In this document: piece by piece, positions 12,401 through 24,650 of the stretch | Numbering within the stretch: the stretch's first letter is position 1 | How the letters are laid out: the number at the start of each line of letters is the position of its first letter | From: Paragordius varius | Lineage: Eukaryota > Animalia > Nematomorpha | Direction of reading: 5' to 3' | NCBI GenBank assembly: GCA_964247055.1 | Contig: OZ176054.1 | Span: 558,001 to 622,000 of the forward strand | Length of the DNA: 64,000 nt | Translations under genes and position numbers: made by a program | Notes under the pieces: model-generated | Seen by the model: the letters and a program-made list of their open reading frames with translations, nothing else | Told to the model about the DNA's origin: nothing | The model's database searches: none

Positions 12401-15399
12401 TACTTTAAAAATTAATGTATTAAACTAGTCGCATCAATACTCAAGTTAAACTTTGTCCTTAAAAATCGGATATTGGTCTCCGGTGAACAAAATAATTTTT
12501 TATACATTCTCTTAGTAGGACTACATCAAAATATAGAGATAGTTTGGCAAACTCTTTCATATCCGATTTTTACAACGATACTTTAAAAATTAATGTATTA
12601 AACTAGTCGCATCAATACTCAAGTTAAACTTTGTCCTTAAAAATCGGATATTGGTCTCCGGTGAACAAAATAATTTTTTATATATTCTCTTAGCAAGACT
12701 ACATCAAAATATAGAGATAGTTTGACAAACTCTTTCATATCCGATTTTTACAACGATACTTTAAAAATTAATGTATAAAACTAGTCGTATCAATAAATCG
12801 CATCAATACTCAAGTTAAACTTTGTCCTTAAAAATCGGATATTGGTCACCGGTGAACAAAATTATTTTTTATACATTCTCTTAGTAAGACTACATCAAAA
12901 TATAGAGATAGTTTGACAAACTCTTTCATATCCGATTTTTACAACGATACTTTAAAAATTAATGTGTTAAAGTCGCATCAGTACTCAAGTTAAACTTTGT
13001 CCTAAAAAATCGAATATTGGTCACCGGTGAACAAAATTATTTTTTATATATTCTCTTAGTAAGACTACATCAAAATATAGAAATAGTTTGACAAACTCTT
13101 TCATATCCGATTTTTACAACGATACTTTAAAATTTAATGTATTAAACTAGTCGCATCAATACTCAAATAAAACTTTGTCCTTAAAAATCGGATATTAGTC
13201 ACCGGTGAACAAAATTATTTTTTATACATTCTCTTAGTAAGACTACATCAAAATATAGAGATAGTTTGACAAACTCTTTCATATCCGATTTTTACAACGA
13301 TACGTTAAAAATTATGGTATTAAACTAGTCGCATCAATACTCAAATTAAACTTTGTCCTTAAAAATCGGATATTGGTCACCGGTGAACAAAATTATTTTT
13401 TATATATTCTCTTAGCAAGACTACATCAAAATATAGAGATAGTTTGACAAACTCTTTCATATCCGATTTTTACAACGATACTTTAAAAATTAATGTATAA
13501 AACTAGTCGTATCAATAAATCGCATCAATACTCAAGTTAAACTTTGTCCTTAATTATCGGATATTGGTCACCGGTGAACAAAATTATTTTTTATACATTC
13601 TCTTAGTAAGACTACATCAAAATATAGAGATAGTTTGACAAACTCTTTCATATCCGATTTTTACAACGATACGTTAAAAATTATGGTATTAAACTAGTCG
13701 CATCAATACTCAAATTAAACTTTGTCCTTAAAAATCGGATATTGGTCACCGGTGAACAAAACTATTTTTTATATATTCTCTTAGCAAGACTGCATCAAAA
13801 TATAGAGATAGTTTGACAAACTCTTTCATATCCGATTTTTACAACGATACTTTAAAAATTAATGTATAAAACTAGTCGTATCAATAAATCGCATCAATAC
13901 TCAAGTTAAACTTTGTCCTTAAAAATCGTATATTGGTCACCGGTGAACAAAATTATTTTTTATACATTCTCTTACTAAGACTACATCAAAATATAGAGAT
14001 AGTTTGACAAACTTTTTCATATCCGATGTTTACAACGATACTTTAAAAATTAATGTGTTAAACTAGTCGCATCAATACTCAAGTTAAACTTTGTCCTTAA
14101 AAATCGAATATTGGTCACCGGTGAACAAAATTATTTTTTATATATTCTCTTAGTAAGACTACATCAAAATATAGAAATAGTTTGACAAACTCTTTCATAT
14201 CCGATTTTTACAACGATACTTTAAAATTTAATGTATTAAACTAGTCGCATCAATACTCAAATTAAACTTTGTCCTTAAAAATCGGATATTGGTCACCGGT
14301 GAACAAAATTATATTTTATATATTCTCTTAGCAAGACTACATCAAAATATAGAGATAGTTTGACAAACTCTTTCCTATCCGATTTTTACAACAACACTTT
14401 AAAAATTAATGTATAAAACGAGTCGTATCAATAAATCGCATCAATACTGAAGTTAAACTTTGTCATTAAAAATCGGATATTGGTCACCGGTGAACAAAAT
14501 TATTTTTTATACATTCTCTTAGTAGGACTACATCAAAATATAGAGATAGTTTGGCAAACTCTTTCATATCCGATTTTTACAACGATACTTTAAAAATTAA
14601 TGTATTAAACTAGTCGCATCAATACTCAAGTTAAACTTTGTCCTTAAAAATCGGATATTGGTCTCCGGTGAACAAAATAATTTTTTATACATTCTCTTAG
14701 TACGACTACATCAAAATATAGAGATAGTTTGACAAACTCTTTCATATCCGATTTTTACAACGATACTTTAAAAATTAATGTATTAAACTAGTCGCATCAA
14801 TACTCAAGTTAAACTTTGTCCTTAAAAATCGGATATTGGTCACCGGTGGACAAAATTATTTTTTATATATTCTCTTAGCAAGACTACATCAAAATATAGA
14901 GATAGTTTGACAAACTCTTTCATATCCGATTTTTACAACGATACTTTAAAAATTAATGTATAAAACTAGTCGCATCAATACTCAACTTAAACTTTGTCAT
15001 AAAAAATCGAATATTGGTCACCGGTGAACAAAATTGTTTTTTATACATTCTCTTAGTAAGACTACACCAAAATATAGAGATAGTTTGACAAACTCTTTCA
15101 TATCCGATTTTTACAACGATACTTTAAAAATTAATGTATTAAACTAGTCGCATCAATACTCAAGTTAAACTTTGTCCTTAAAAATCGGATATTGGTCACC
15201 GGTGAACAAAATTATTTTTTATATATTCTCTTAGCAAGACTACATCAAAATATAGAGGTAGTTTGACAAACTCTTTCATATCCGATTTTTACAACGATAC
15301 TTTAAAAATTAAAGTATAAAACGAGTCGTATCAATAAATCGCATCAATACTCAAGTTAAACTTTGTCCTTAAAAATCGGATATTGGTCACCGGTGCACA

Positions 15400-18300
15400 A
15401 AATTATTTTTTATACATTCTCTTAGTAGGACTACATCAAAATATAGAGATAGTTTGGCAAACTCTTTCATATCCGATTTTTATAACGATACTTTAAAAAT
15501 TAATGTATTAAACTAGTCGCATCAAAACTCAAGTTAAACTTTGTCCTTAAAAATCGGATATTGGTCTCCGGTGAACAAAATAATTTTTTATATATTCTCT
15601 TAGCAAGACTACATCAAAATATAGAGATAGTTTGAAACTCGTTCATATCCGATTTTTACAACGATACTTTAAAAATTAATGTATAAAACTAGTCGTATCA
15701 ATAAATCGCATCAATACTCAAGTTAAACTTTGTCCTTAAAAATCGGATATTGGTCACCGGTGCACAAAATTATTTTTTATACATTCTCTTAGTCGGACTA
15801 CATCAAAATATAGAGATAGTTTGGCAAACTCTTTCATATCCGATTTTTACAACGATACTTGAAAAATTAATGTATTAAACTACTCGCATCAATACTCAAG
15901 TTAAACTTTGTCCTTAAAAATCGGATATTGGTCTCCGGTGAACAAAATTATTTTTTATACATTCTCTTAGTAAGACTAAATCAAAATATAGAGATAGTTT
16001 GACAAACTCTTTCATATCCGATTTTTACAACGATACTTTAAAAATTAATGTATTAAACTAGTCGCATCAATACTCAAGTTAAACTTTGTCCTTAAAAATC
16101 GGATATTGGTCACCGGTGGACAAAATTATTTTTTATATATTCTCTTAGCAAGACTACATCAAAATATAGAGATAGTTTGACAAACTCTTTCATATCCGAT
16201 TTTTACAACGATACTTTAAAAATTAATGTATAAAACTAGTCGCATCAATACTCAACTTAAACTTTGTCATAAAAAATCGAATATTGGTCACCGGTGAACA
16301 AAATTATTTTTTATACATTCTCTTAGTAAGACTACATCATAATATAGAGATAGTTTGACAAACTCTTTCATATCCGATTTTTACAAATATACTTTAAAAA
16401 TTAATGTATTAAACTAGTCGCATCAATACTCAAGTTAAACTTTGTCCTTAAAAATCGGATATTGGTCACCGGTGGACAAAATTATTTTTTATATATTCTC
16501 TTAGCAAGACTACATCAAAATATAGAGATAGTTTGACAAACTCTTTCATATCCGATTTTTACAACGATACTTTAAAAATTAATGTATAAAACTAGTCGCA
16601 TCAATACTCAAGTTAAACTTTGTCCTTAAAAATCGGATATTGGTCACCGGTGCACAAAATTATTTTTTATACATTCTCTTAGTCGGACTACATCAAAATA
16701 TAGAGATAGTTTGGCAAACTCTTTCCTATCCGATTTTTACAACGATACTTGAAAAATTAATGTATTAAACTAGTCGCATCAATACTCAAGTTAAACTTTG
16801 TCCTTAAAAATCGGATATTGGTCTCCGGTGAACAAAATTATTTTTTATACATTCTCTTAGTAAGACTAAATCAAAATATAGAGATAGTTTGACAAACTCT
16901 TTCATATCCGATTTTTACAACGATACTTTAAAAATTAATGTATTAAACTAGTCGCATCAATACTCAAGTTAAACTTTGTCCTTAAAAATCGGATATTGGT
17001 CACCGGTGGACAAAATTATTTTTTATATATTCTCTTAGCAAGACTACATCAAAATATAGAGATAGTTTGACAAACTCTTTCATATCCGATTTTTACAACG
17101 ATACTTTAAAAATTAATGTATAAAACTAGTCGCATCAATACTCAACTTAAACTTTGTCATAAAAAATCGAATATTGGTCACCGGTGAACAAAATTATTTT
17201 TTATACATTCTCTTAGTAAGACTACATCATAATATAGAGATAGTTTGACAAACTCTTTCATATCCGATTTTTACAAATATACTTTAAAAATTAATGTATT
17301 AAACTAGTCGCATCAATACTCAAGTTAAACTTTGTCCTTAAAAATCGGATATTGGTCACCGGTGAACAAAATTATTTTTTATATATTCTCTTAGCAAGAC
17401 TACATCAAAATATAGAGGTAGTTTGACAAACTCTTTCATATCCGATTTTTACAACGATACTTTAAAAATTAATGTATAAAACGAGTCGTATCAATAAATC
17501 GCATCAATACTCAAGTTAAACTTTGTCCTTAAAAATCGGATATGGGTCACCGGTGCACAAAATTATTTTTTATACATTCTCTTAGTAGGACTACATCAAA
17601 ATATAGAGATAGTTTGGCAAACTCTTTCATATCCGATTTTTACAACGATACTTTAAAAATTAATGTATTAAACTAGTCGCATCAAAACTCAAGTTAAACT
17701 TTGTCCTTAAAAATCGGATATTGGTCTCCGGTGAACAAAATAATTTTTTATATATTCTCTTAGCAAGACTACATCAAAATATAGAGATAGTTTGAAACTC
17801 GTTCATATCCGATTTTTACAACGATACTTTAAAAATTAATGTATAAAACTAGTCGTATCAATAAATCGCATCAATACTCAAGTTAAACTTTGTCCTTAAA
17901 AATCGGATATTGGTCACCGGTGCACAAAATTATTTTTTATACATTCTCTTAGTCGGACTACATCAAAATATAGAGATAGTTTGGCAAACTCTTTCATATC
18001 CGATTTTTACAACGATACTTGAAAAATTAATGTATTAAACTACTCGCATCAATACTCAAGTTAAACTTTGTCCTTAAAAATCGGATATTGGTCTCCGGTG
18101 AACAAAATTATTTTTTATACATTCTCTTAGTAAGACTAAATCAAAATATAGAGATAGTTTGACAAACTCTTTCATATCCGATTTTTACAACGATACTTTA
18201 AAAATTAATGTATTAAACAAGTCGCATCAATACTCAAGTTAAACTTTGTCCTTAAAAATCGGATATTGGTCACCGGTGGACAAAATTATTTTTTATATAT

Positions 18301-19500
18301 TCTCTTAGCAAGACTACATCAAAATATAGAGATAGTTTGACAAACTCTTTCATATCCGATTTTTACAACGATACTTTAAAAATTAATGTATAAAACTAGT
18401 CGCATCAATACTCAAGTTAAACTTTGTCCTTAAAAATCGGATATTGGTCACCGGTGCACAAAATTATTTTTTATACATTCTCTTAGTCGGACTACATCAA
18501 AATATAGAGATAGTTTGGCAAACTCTTTCCTATCCGATTTTTACAACGATACTTGAAAAATTAATGTATTAAACTAGTCGCATCAATACTCAAGTTAAAC
18601 TTTGTCCTTAAAAATCGGATATTGGTCTCCGGTGAACAAAATTATTTTTTATACATTCTCTTAGTAAGACTAAATCAAAATATAGAGATAGTTTGACAAA
18701 CTCTTTCATATCCGATTTTTACAACGATACTTTAAAAATTAATGTATTAAACTAGTCGCATCAATACTCAAGTTAAACTTTGTCCTTAAAAATCGGATAT
18801 TGGTCACCGGTGGACAAAATTATTTTTTATATATTCTCTTAGCAAGACTACATCAAAATATAGAGATAGTTTGACAAACTCTTTCATATCCGATTTTTAC
18901 AACGATACTTTAAAAATTAATGTATAAAACTAGTCGCATCAATACTCAACTTAAACTTTGTCATAAAAAATCGAATATTGGTCACCGGTGAACAAAATTA
19001 TTTTTTATACATTCTCTTAGTAAGACTACATCATAATATAGAGATAGTTTGACAAACTCTTTCATATCCGATTTTTACAAATATACTTTAAAAATTAATG
19101 TATTAAACTAGTCGCATCAATACTCAAGTTAAACTTTGTCCTTAAAAATCGGATATTGGTCACCGGTGAACAAAATTATTTTTTATATATTCTCTTAGCA
19201 AGACTACATCAAAATATAGAGGTAGTTTGACAAACTCTTTCATATCCGATTTTTACAACGATACTTTAAAAATTAATGTATAAAACGAGTCGTATCAATA
19301 AATCGCATCAATACTCAAGTTAAACTTTGTCCTTAAAAATCGGATATGGGTCACCGGTGCACAAAATTATTTTTTATACATTCTCTTAGTAGGACTACAT
19401 CAAAATATAGAGATAGTTTGGCAAACTCTTTCATATCCGATTTTTACAACGATACTTTAAAAATTAATGTATTAAACTAGTCGCATCAATACTCAAGTTA
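15400..19500 (+). repeat. Higher-order repeat: 12-mer (2160 bp) followed by a 10-mer derivative (1804 bp)
   Basis: ATCAAAACTC 15521/17681, TTTGAAACTC 15631/17791 and TAAGACTAAA 15971/18131 are all 2160 apart. TATGGG 17541/19345 and TAAGACTAAA 16861/18665 are 1804 apart. Confidence 0.88.
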
Positions 19501-22201
19501 AACTTTGTCCTTAAAAATCGGATATTGGTCTCCGGTAAACAAAATAATTTTTTATATATTCTCTTAGCAAGACTACATCAAAATATAGAGATAGTTTGAC
19601 AAACTCTTTCATATCCGATTTTTACAACGATACTTTAAAAATTAATGTATAAAACTAGTCGTATCAATAAATCGCATCAATACTCAAGTTAAACTTTGTC
19701 CTTAAAAATCGGATATTGGTCACCGGTGAACAAAATTATTTTTTATACATTCTCTTAGTAATACATCAAAATATAGAAATAGTTTGACAAACTCTTTCAT
19801 ATCCGATTTTTACAACGATACTTTAAAAATTAATGTGTTAAACTAGTCGCATCAGTACTCAAGTTAAACTTTGTCCTAAAAAATAAAATATTGGTCACCG
19901 GTGAACAAAATTATTTTTTATATATTCTCTTAGTAAGACTACATCAAAATATAGAAATAGTTTGACAAACTCTTTCATATCCGATTTTTACAACGATACT
20001 TTAAAATTTAATGTATTAAACTAGTCGCATCAATACTCAAATAAAACTTTGTCCTTAAAAATCGGATATTGGTCACCGGTGAACAAAATTATTTTTTATA
20101 CATTCTCTTAGTAAGACTACATCAAAATATAGAGATAGTTTGACAAACTCTTTCATATCCGATTTTTACAACGATACGTTAAAAATTATGGTATTATACT
20201 AGTCGCATCAATACTCAAATTAAACTTTGTCCTTAAAAATCGGATATTGGTCACCGGTGAACAAAATTATTTTTTATATATTCTCTTAGCAAGACTACAT
20301 CAAAATATAGAGATAGTTTGACAAACTCTTTCATATCCGATTTTTACAACGATACGTTAAAAATTATGGTATTAAACTACTCGCATCAATACTCAAATTA
20401 AACTTTGTCCTTAAAAATCGGATATTGGTCACCGGTGAACAAAATTATTTTTCTATATATTCTCTTAGCAAGACTACATCAAAATATAGAGATAGTTTGA
20501 CAAACTCTTTCATATCCGATTTTTACAACGATACTTTAAAAATTAATGTATAAAACTAGTCGTATCAATAAATCGCATCAATACTCAAGTTAAACTTTGT
20601 CCTTAATTATCGGATATTGGTCACCGGTGAACAAAATTATTTTTTATACATTCTCTTAGTAAGACTACATCAAAATATAGCGATAGTTTGACAAACTCTT
20701 TCATATCCGATTTTTACAACGATACTTTAAAAATTAATGTATTAAACTAGTCGCATCAATACTCAAGTTAAACTTTGTCCTTAAAAATCGAATATTGGTC
20801 ACCGGTGAACAAAATTATTTTTTATATATTCTCTTAGTAAGACTACATCAAAATATAGAAATAGTTTGACAAACTCTTTCATATCCGATTTTTACAACGA
20901 TACTTTAAAATTTAATGTATTAAACTAGTCGCATCAATACTCAAATTAAACTTTGTCCTTAAAAATCGGATATTGGTCACCGGTGAACAAAATTATATTT
21001 TATATATTCTCTTAGCAAGACTACATCAAAATATAGAGATAGTTTGACAAACTCTTTCATATCCGATTTTTACAACGATACTTTAAAAATTAATGTATAA
21101 AACGAGTCGTATCAATAAATCGCATCAATACTTAAGTTAAACTTTGTCCTTAAAAATCGTATATTGGTCACCGGTGAACAAAATTATTTTTTATATATTC
21201 TCTTAGTAAGACTACATCAAAATATAGAAATAGTTTGACAAACTCTTTCATATCCGATTTTTACAACGATACTTTAAAATTTAATGGATTAAACTAGTCG
21301 CATCAATACTCAAATTAAACTTTGTCCTTAAAAATCGGATATTGGTCACCGGTGAACAAAATTATATTTTATATATTCTCTTAGCAAGACTACATCAAAA
21401 TATAGAGATAGTTTGACAAACTCTTTCATATCCGATTTTTACAACGATACTTTAAAAATTAATGTATAAAACGAGTCGTATCAATAAATCGCATCAATAC
21501 TCAAGTTAAACTTTGTCCTTAAAAATCGGATATTGGTCACCGGTGAACAAAATTATTTTTTATACATTCTCTTAGTAGGACTACATCAAAATATAGATAT
21601 AGTTTGGCAAACTCTTTCATATCCGATTTTTACAACGATACTTTAAAAATTAATGTATTAAACTAGTCGCATCAATACTCAAGTTAAACTTTGTCCTTAA
21701 AAATCGGATATTGGTCTCCGGTGAACAAAATAATTTTTTATACATTCTCTTAGTAAGACTACATCAAAATATAGAGGTAGTTTGAAAAACTCTTTCATAT
21801 CCGATTTTACGATACTTTAAAAATTAATGTATTAAACTAGTCGCATCAATACTCAAGTTAAACTTTGTCCTTAAAAATCGGATATTGGTCACCGGTGAAC
21901 AAAATTATTTTTTATATATTCTCTTAGCAAGACTACATCAAAATATAGAGATAGTTTGACAAACTCTTTCATATCCGATTTTTACAACGATACTTTAAAA
22001 ATTAATGTATAAAACTAGTCGCATCAATACTCAAGTTAAACTTTGTCCTTAAAAATCGAATATTGGTCACCGGTGAACAAAATTATTTTTTATACACTCT
22101 CTTAGTAAGACTACATCAAAATATAGAGATAGTTTGACAAACTCTTTCATATCCGATTTTTACAGATACGTTAAAAATTAATGTGTTAAACTAGTCGCAT
22201 C

Positions 22202-22279
22202 CTTACTAAGAGAATATATAAAAAATAATTTTGTTCACCGGTGACCAATATTCGATTTTTAAGGACAAAGTTTAACTTG
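22202..22279 (-). other. 78-bp micro-inversion inside a forward monomer pair (copy 1)
   Basis: CTTACTAAG...TTTAACTTG is the exact reverse complement of monomer positions 130-178 plus 1-29. AATACT (6 bp) is missing on the left and ACTACAT (7 bp) on the right. Confidence 0.96.
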
Positions 22280-22720
22280 CAAGATATAGAAATAGTTTGA
22301 CAAACTCTTTCATATCCGATTTTTACAACGATACTTTAAAATTTAATGTATTAATCTAGTCGCATCAATACTCAAATTAAACTTTGTCCTTAAAAATCAG
22401 ATATTGGTCACCGGTGAACAAAATTATATTTTATATATTCTCTTAGCAAGACTACATCAAAATATAGAGATAGTTTGACAAACTCTTTCATATCCGATTT
22501 TTACAACGATACTTTAAAAATTAATGTATAAAACTAGTCGCATCAATACTCAAGTTAAACTTTGTCCTTAAAAATCGAATATTGGTCACCGGTGAACAAA
22601 ATTATTTTTTATACACTCTCTTAGTAAGACTACATCAAAATATAGAGATAGTTTGACAAACTCTTTCATATCCGATTTTTACAGATACGTTAAAAATTAA
22701 TGTGTTAAACTAGTCGCATC

Positions 22721-22798
22721 CTTACTAAGAGAATATATAAAAAATAATTTTGTTCACCGGTGACCAATATTCGATTTTTAAGGACAAAGTTTAACTTG
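22721..22798 (-). other. 78-bp micro-inversion (copy 2, identical breakpoints, 519 bp downstream)
   Basis: It has the same junctions (GTCGCATC|CTTACT and AACTTG|CAAGATATAG) and the same flanking private variants (TACAGATACG, TAATCTAG, AATCAGAT). Confidence 0.96.
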
Positions 22799-24631
22799 CA
22801 AGATATAGAAATAGTTTGACAAACTCTTTCATATCCGATTTTTACAACGATACTTTAAAATTTAATGTATTAATCTAGTCGCATCAATACTCAAATTAAA
22901 CTTTGTCCTTAAAAATCAGATATTGGTCACCGGTGAACAAAATTATTTTTTATACATTCTCTTAGTAGGGCTACATCAAAATATAGAGATAGTTTGGCAA
23001 ACTCTTTCATATCCGATTTTTACAACGATACTTTAAAAATTAATGTATTAAACTAGTCGCATCAATACTCAAGTTAAACTTTGTCCTTAAAAATCGGATA
23101 TTGGTCTCCGGTGAACAAAATAATTTTTTATACATTCTCTTCGTAAGACTACATCTAAATATAGAGGTAGTTTGAAAAACTCTTTCATATCCGATTTTTA
23201 CAACGATACTTTAAAAATTAATGTATTAAACTAGTCGCATCAATACTCAAGTTAAACTTTGTCCTTAAAAATCGGATATTGGTCACCGGTGAACAAAACT
23301 ATTTTTTATACATTCTCTTAGTAAGACTACATCAAAATATAGAGATAGTTTGACAAACTATTTCATATCCGATTTTTACAACGATACTTTAAAAATTATG
23401 GTATTACCAGTCGCTTCAATAAATCGCATCAATACTCAAGTTAAACTTTGTCCTTAAAAATCGGATATTGGTCACCGGTGAACAAAACTATTTTTTATAC
23501 ATTCTCTTAGTAAGACTACATCAAAATATAGAGATAGTTTGACAAACTCTTTCATATCCGATTTTTACAACGATACTTTAAAATTAATGTATAAAACTAG
23601 TCGCATCGATACTCAAGTTAAACTTTGTCCTTAAAAATCGGATATTGGTCGCCGGTAAAGAAAATTATTTATACATTCTCTTAGTAGGACTACATCATAA
23701 TATAGAGATAGTTTGACAAACTCTTTCATATCCGATTTTTACAACGATACTTTAAAAATTAATATATAGAACTAGTCGCGTTAAACTTTGTCCTAAAAAT
23801 TCGGATATTGATCACCGGTGAACAAAATTATTTTTTATACATTTTCTTAGTACGACTACAACAAAATATAGAGATAGTTTGACAAACTCTTTCATATCCG
23901 ATTTTTACAATGATACTTTAAAAATTAATGTATAAAACTAGTCGCGTTAAACTTTGTCCTAAAATTCGGATATTGATCACCGGTGAACAAAATTATTTTT
24001 TATACATTCTCTTAGTAAGACTACAACAAAATATAGAGATAGTTTGACAAACTCTTTCATATCCGATTTTTACAACGATACTTTAAAAATTAATATATTA
24101 AACTAGTCGCATCAATACTCAAGTTAAACTTTGTGCTTAAAAATCGGATATTGGTCACCGGTGAACAAAATTATTTTTTATACATTCTCTTAGTAAGACT
24201 ACATTAAAATATAGAGATAGTTTGACAAACTCTTTCATATCCGATTTTTACAACGATACTTTAAAAATTAATGTATAAAACTAGTCGCATCACAAGTTAA
24301 ATTTTGTCCGTAAAAATCGGATATTGGTCACCGGTGAACAAAATTATTTTTTATAAATTCTCTTATTAAGACTACAACAAAATATAGAGATAGTTTGACA
24401 AACTCTTTCATATCCGATTTTTACAATGATACTTTAAAAATTAATGTATAAAACTAGTCGCATCAATACTCAAGTTAAACTTTGTCCTTAAAAATCGGAT
24501 ATTGGTCACCGGTGAACAAAATTATTTTTTACAACATTCTCTTAGTAGGACTATATCAAAATATAGAGATAGTTTGACACACTCTTTCATTTCCGATTTT
24601 TACAACGATACTTTAAAAATTAATGTATAAA

Positions 24632-24650
24632 ACTAGTTGATGCGACTAGT
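24632..24650. other. Head-to-head orientation switch (inversion junction) of the satellite array
   Basis: The junction reads ...TAAAACTAGT|TGATGCG|ACTAGTTTTT.... The forward monomer stops at ACTAGT (24632-24637). The reverse monomer begins TGATGCG (reverse complement of CGCATCA), then ACTAGT (24645-24650). Confidence 0.97.

Larger units (their letters stand above)
2700..15900 (+). repeat. Dispersed ~2.2-kb block duplication (~2700-5000 and ~13600-15900), offset 10899-10900 bp
   Basis: An ordered series of rare variants is shared at constant offset: ACTATT 2862/13761, CTTACTAAG 3072/13971, CACCGGTGGA 3941/14841, CTCAACTTAA 4081/14981, TATAGAGGTA 4351/15251, CGGTGCACAA 4491/15391. Boundaries are approximate. 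Confidence 0.88.
1..24637 (+). repeat. 178-bp AT-rich tandem satellite array, forward-oriented arm (includes 191-bp variant monomers)
   Basis: ATTCTCTTAG recurs at 8161 and 8339 (178 bp apart). A consensus monomer lies at 5576-5753 with 49/178 G+C. Head-to-tail repetition is continuous apart from two 78-bp micro-inversions. Confidence 0.99.
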
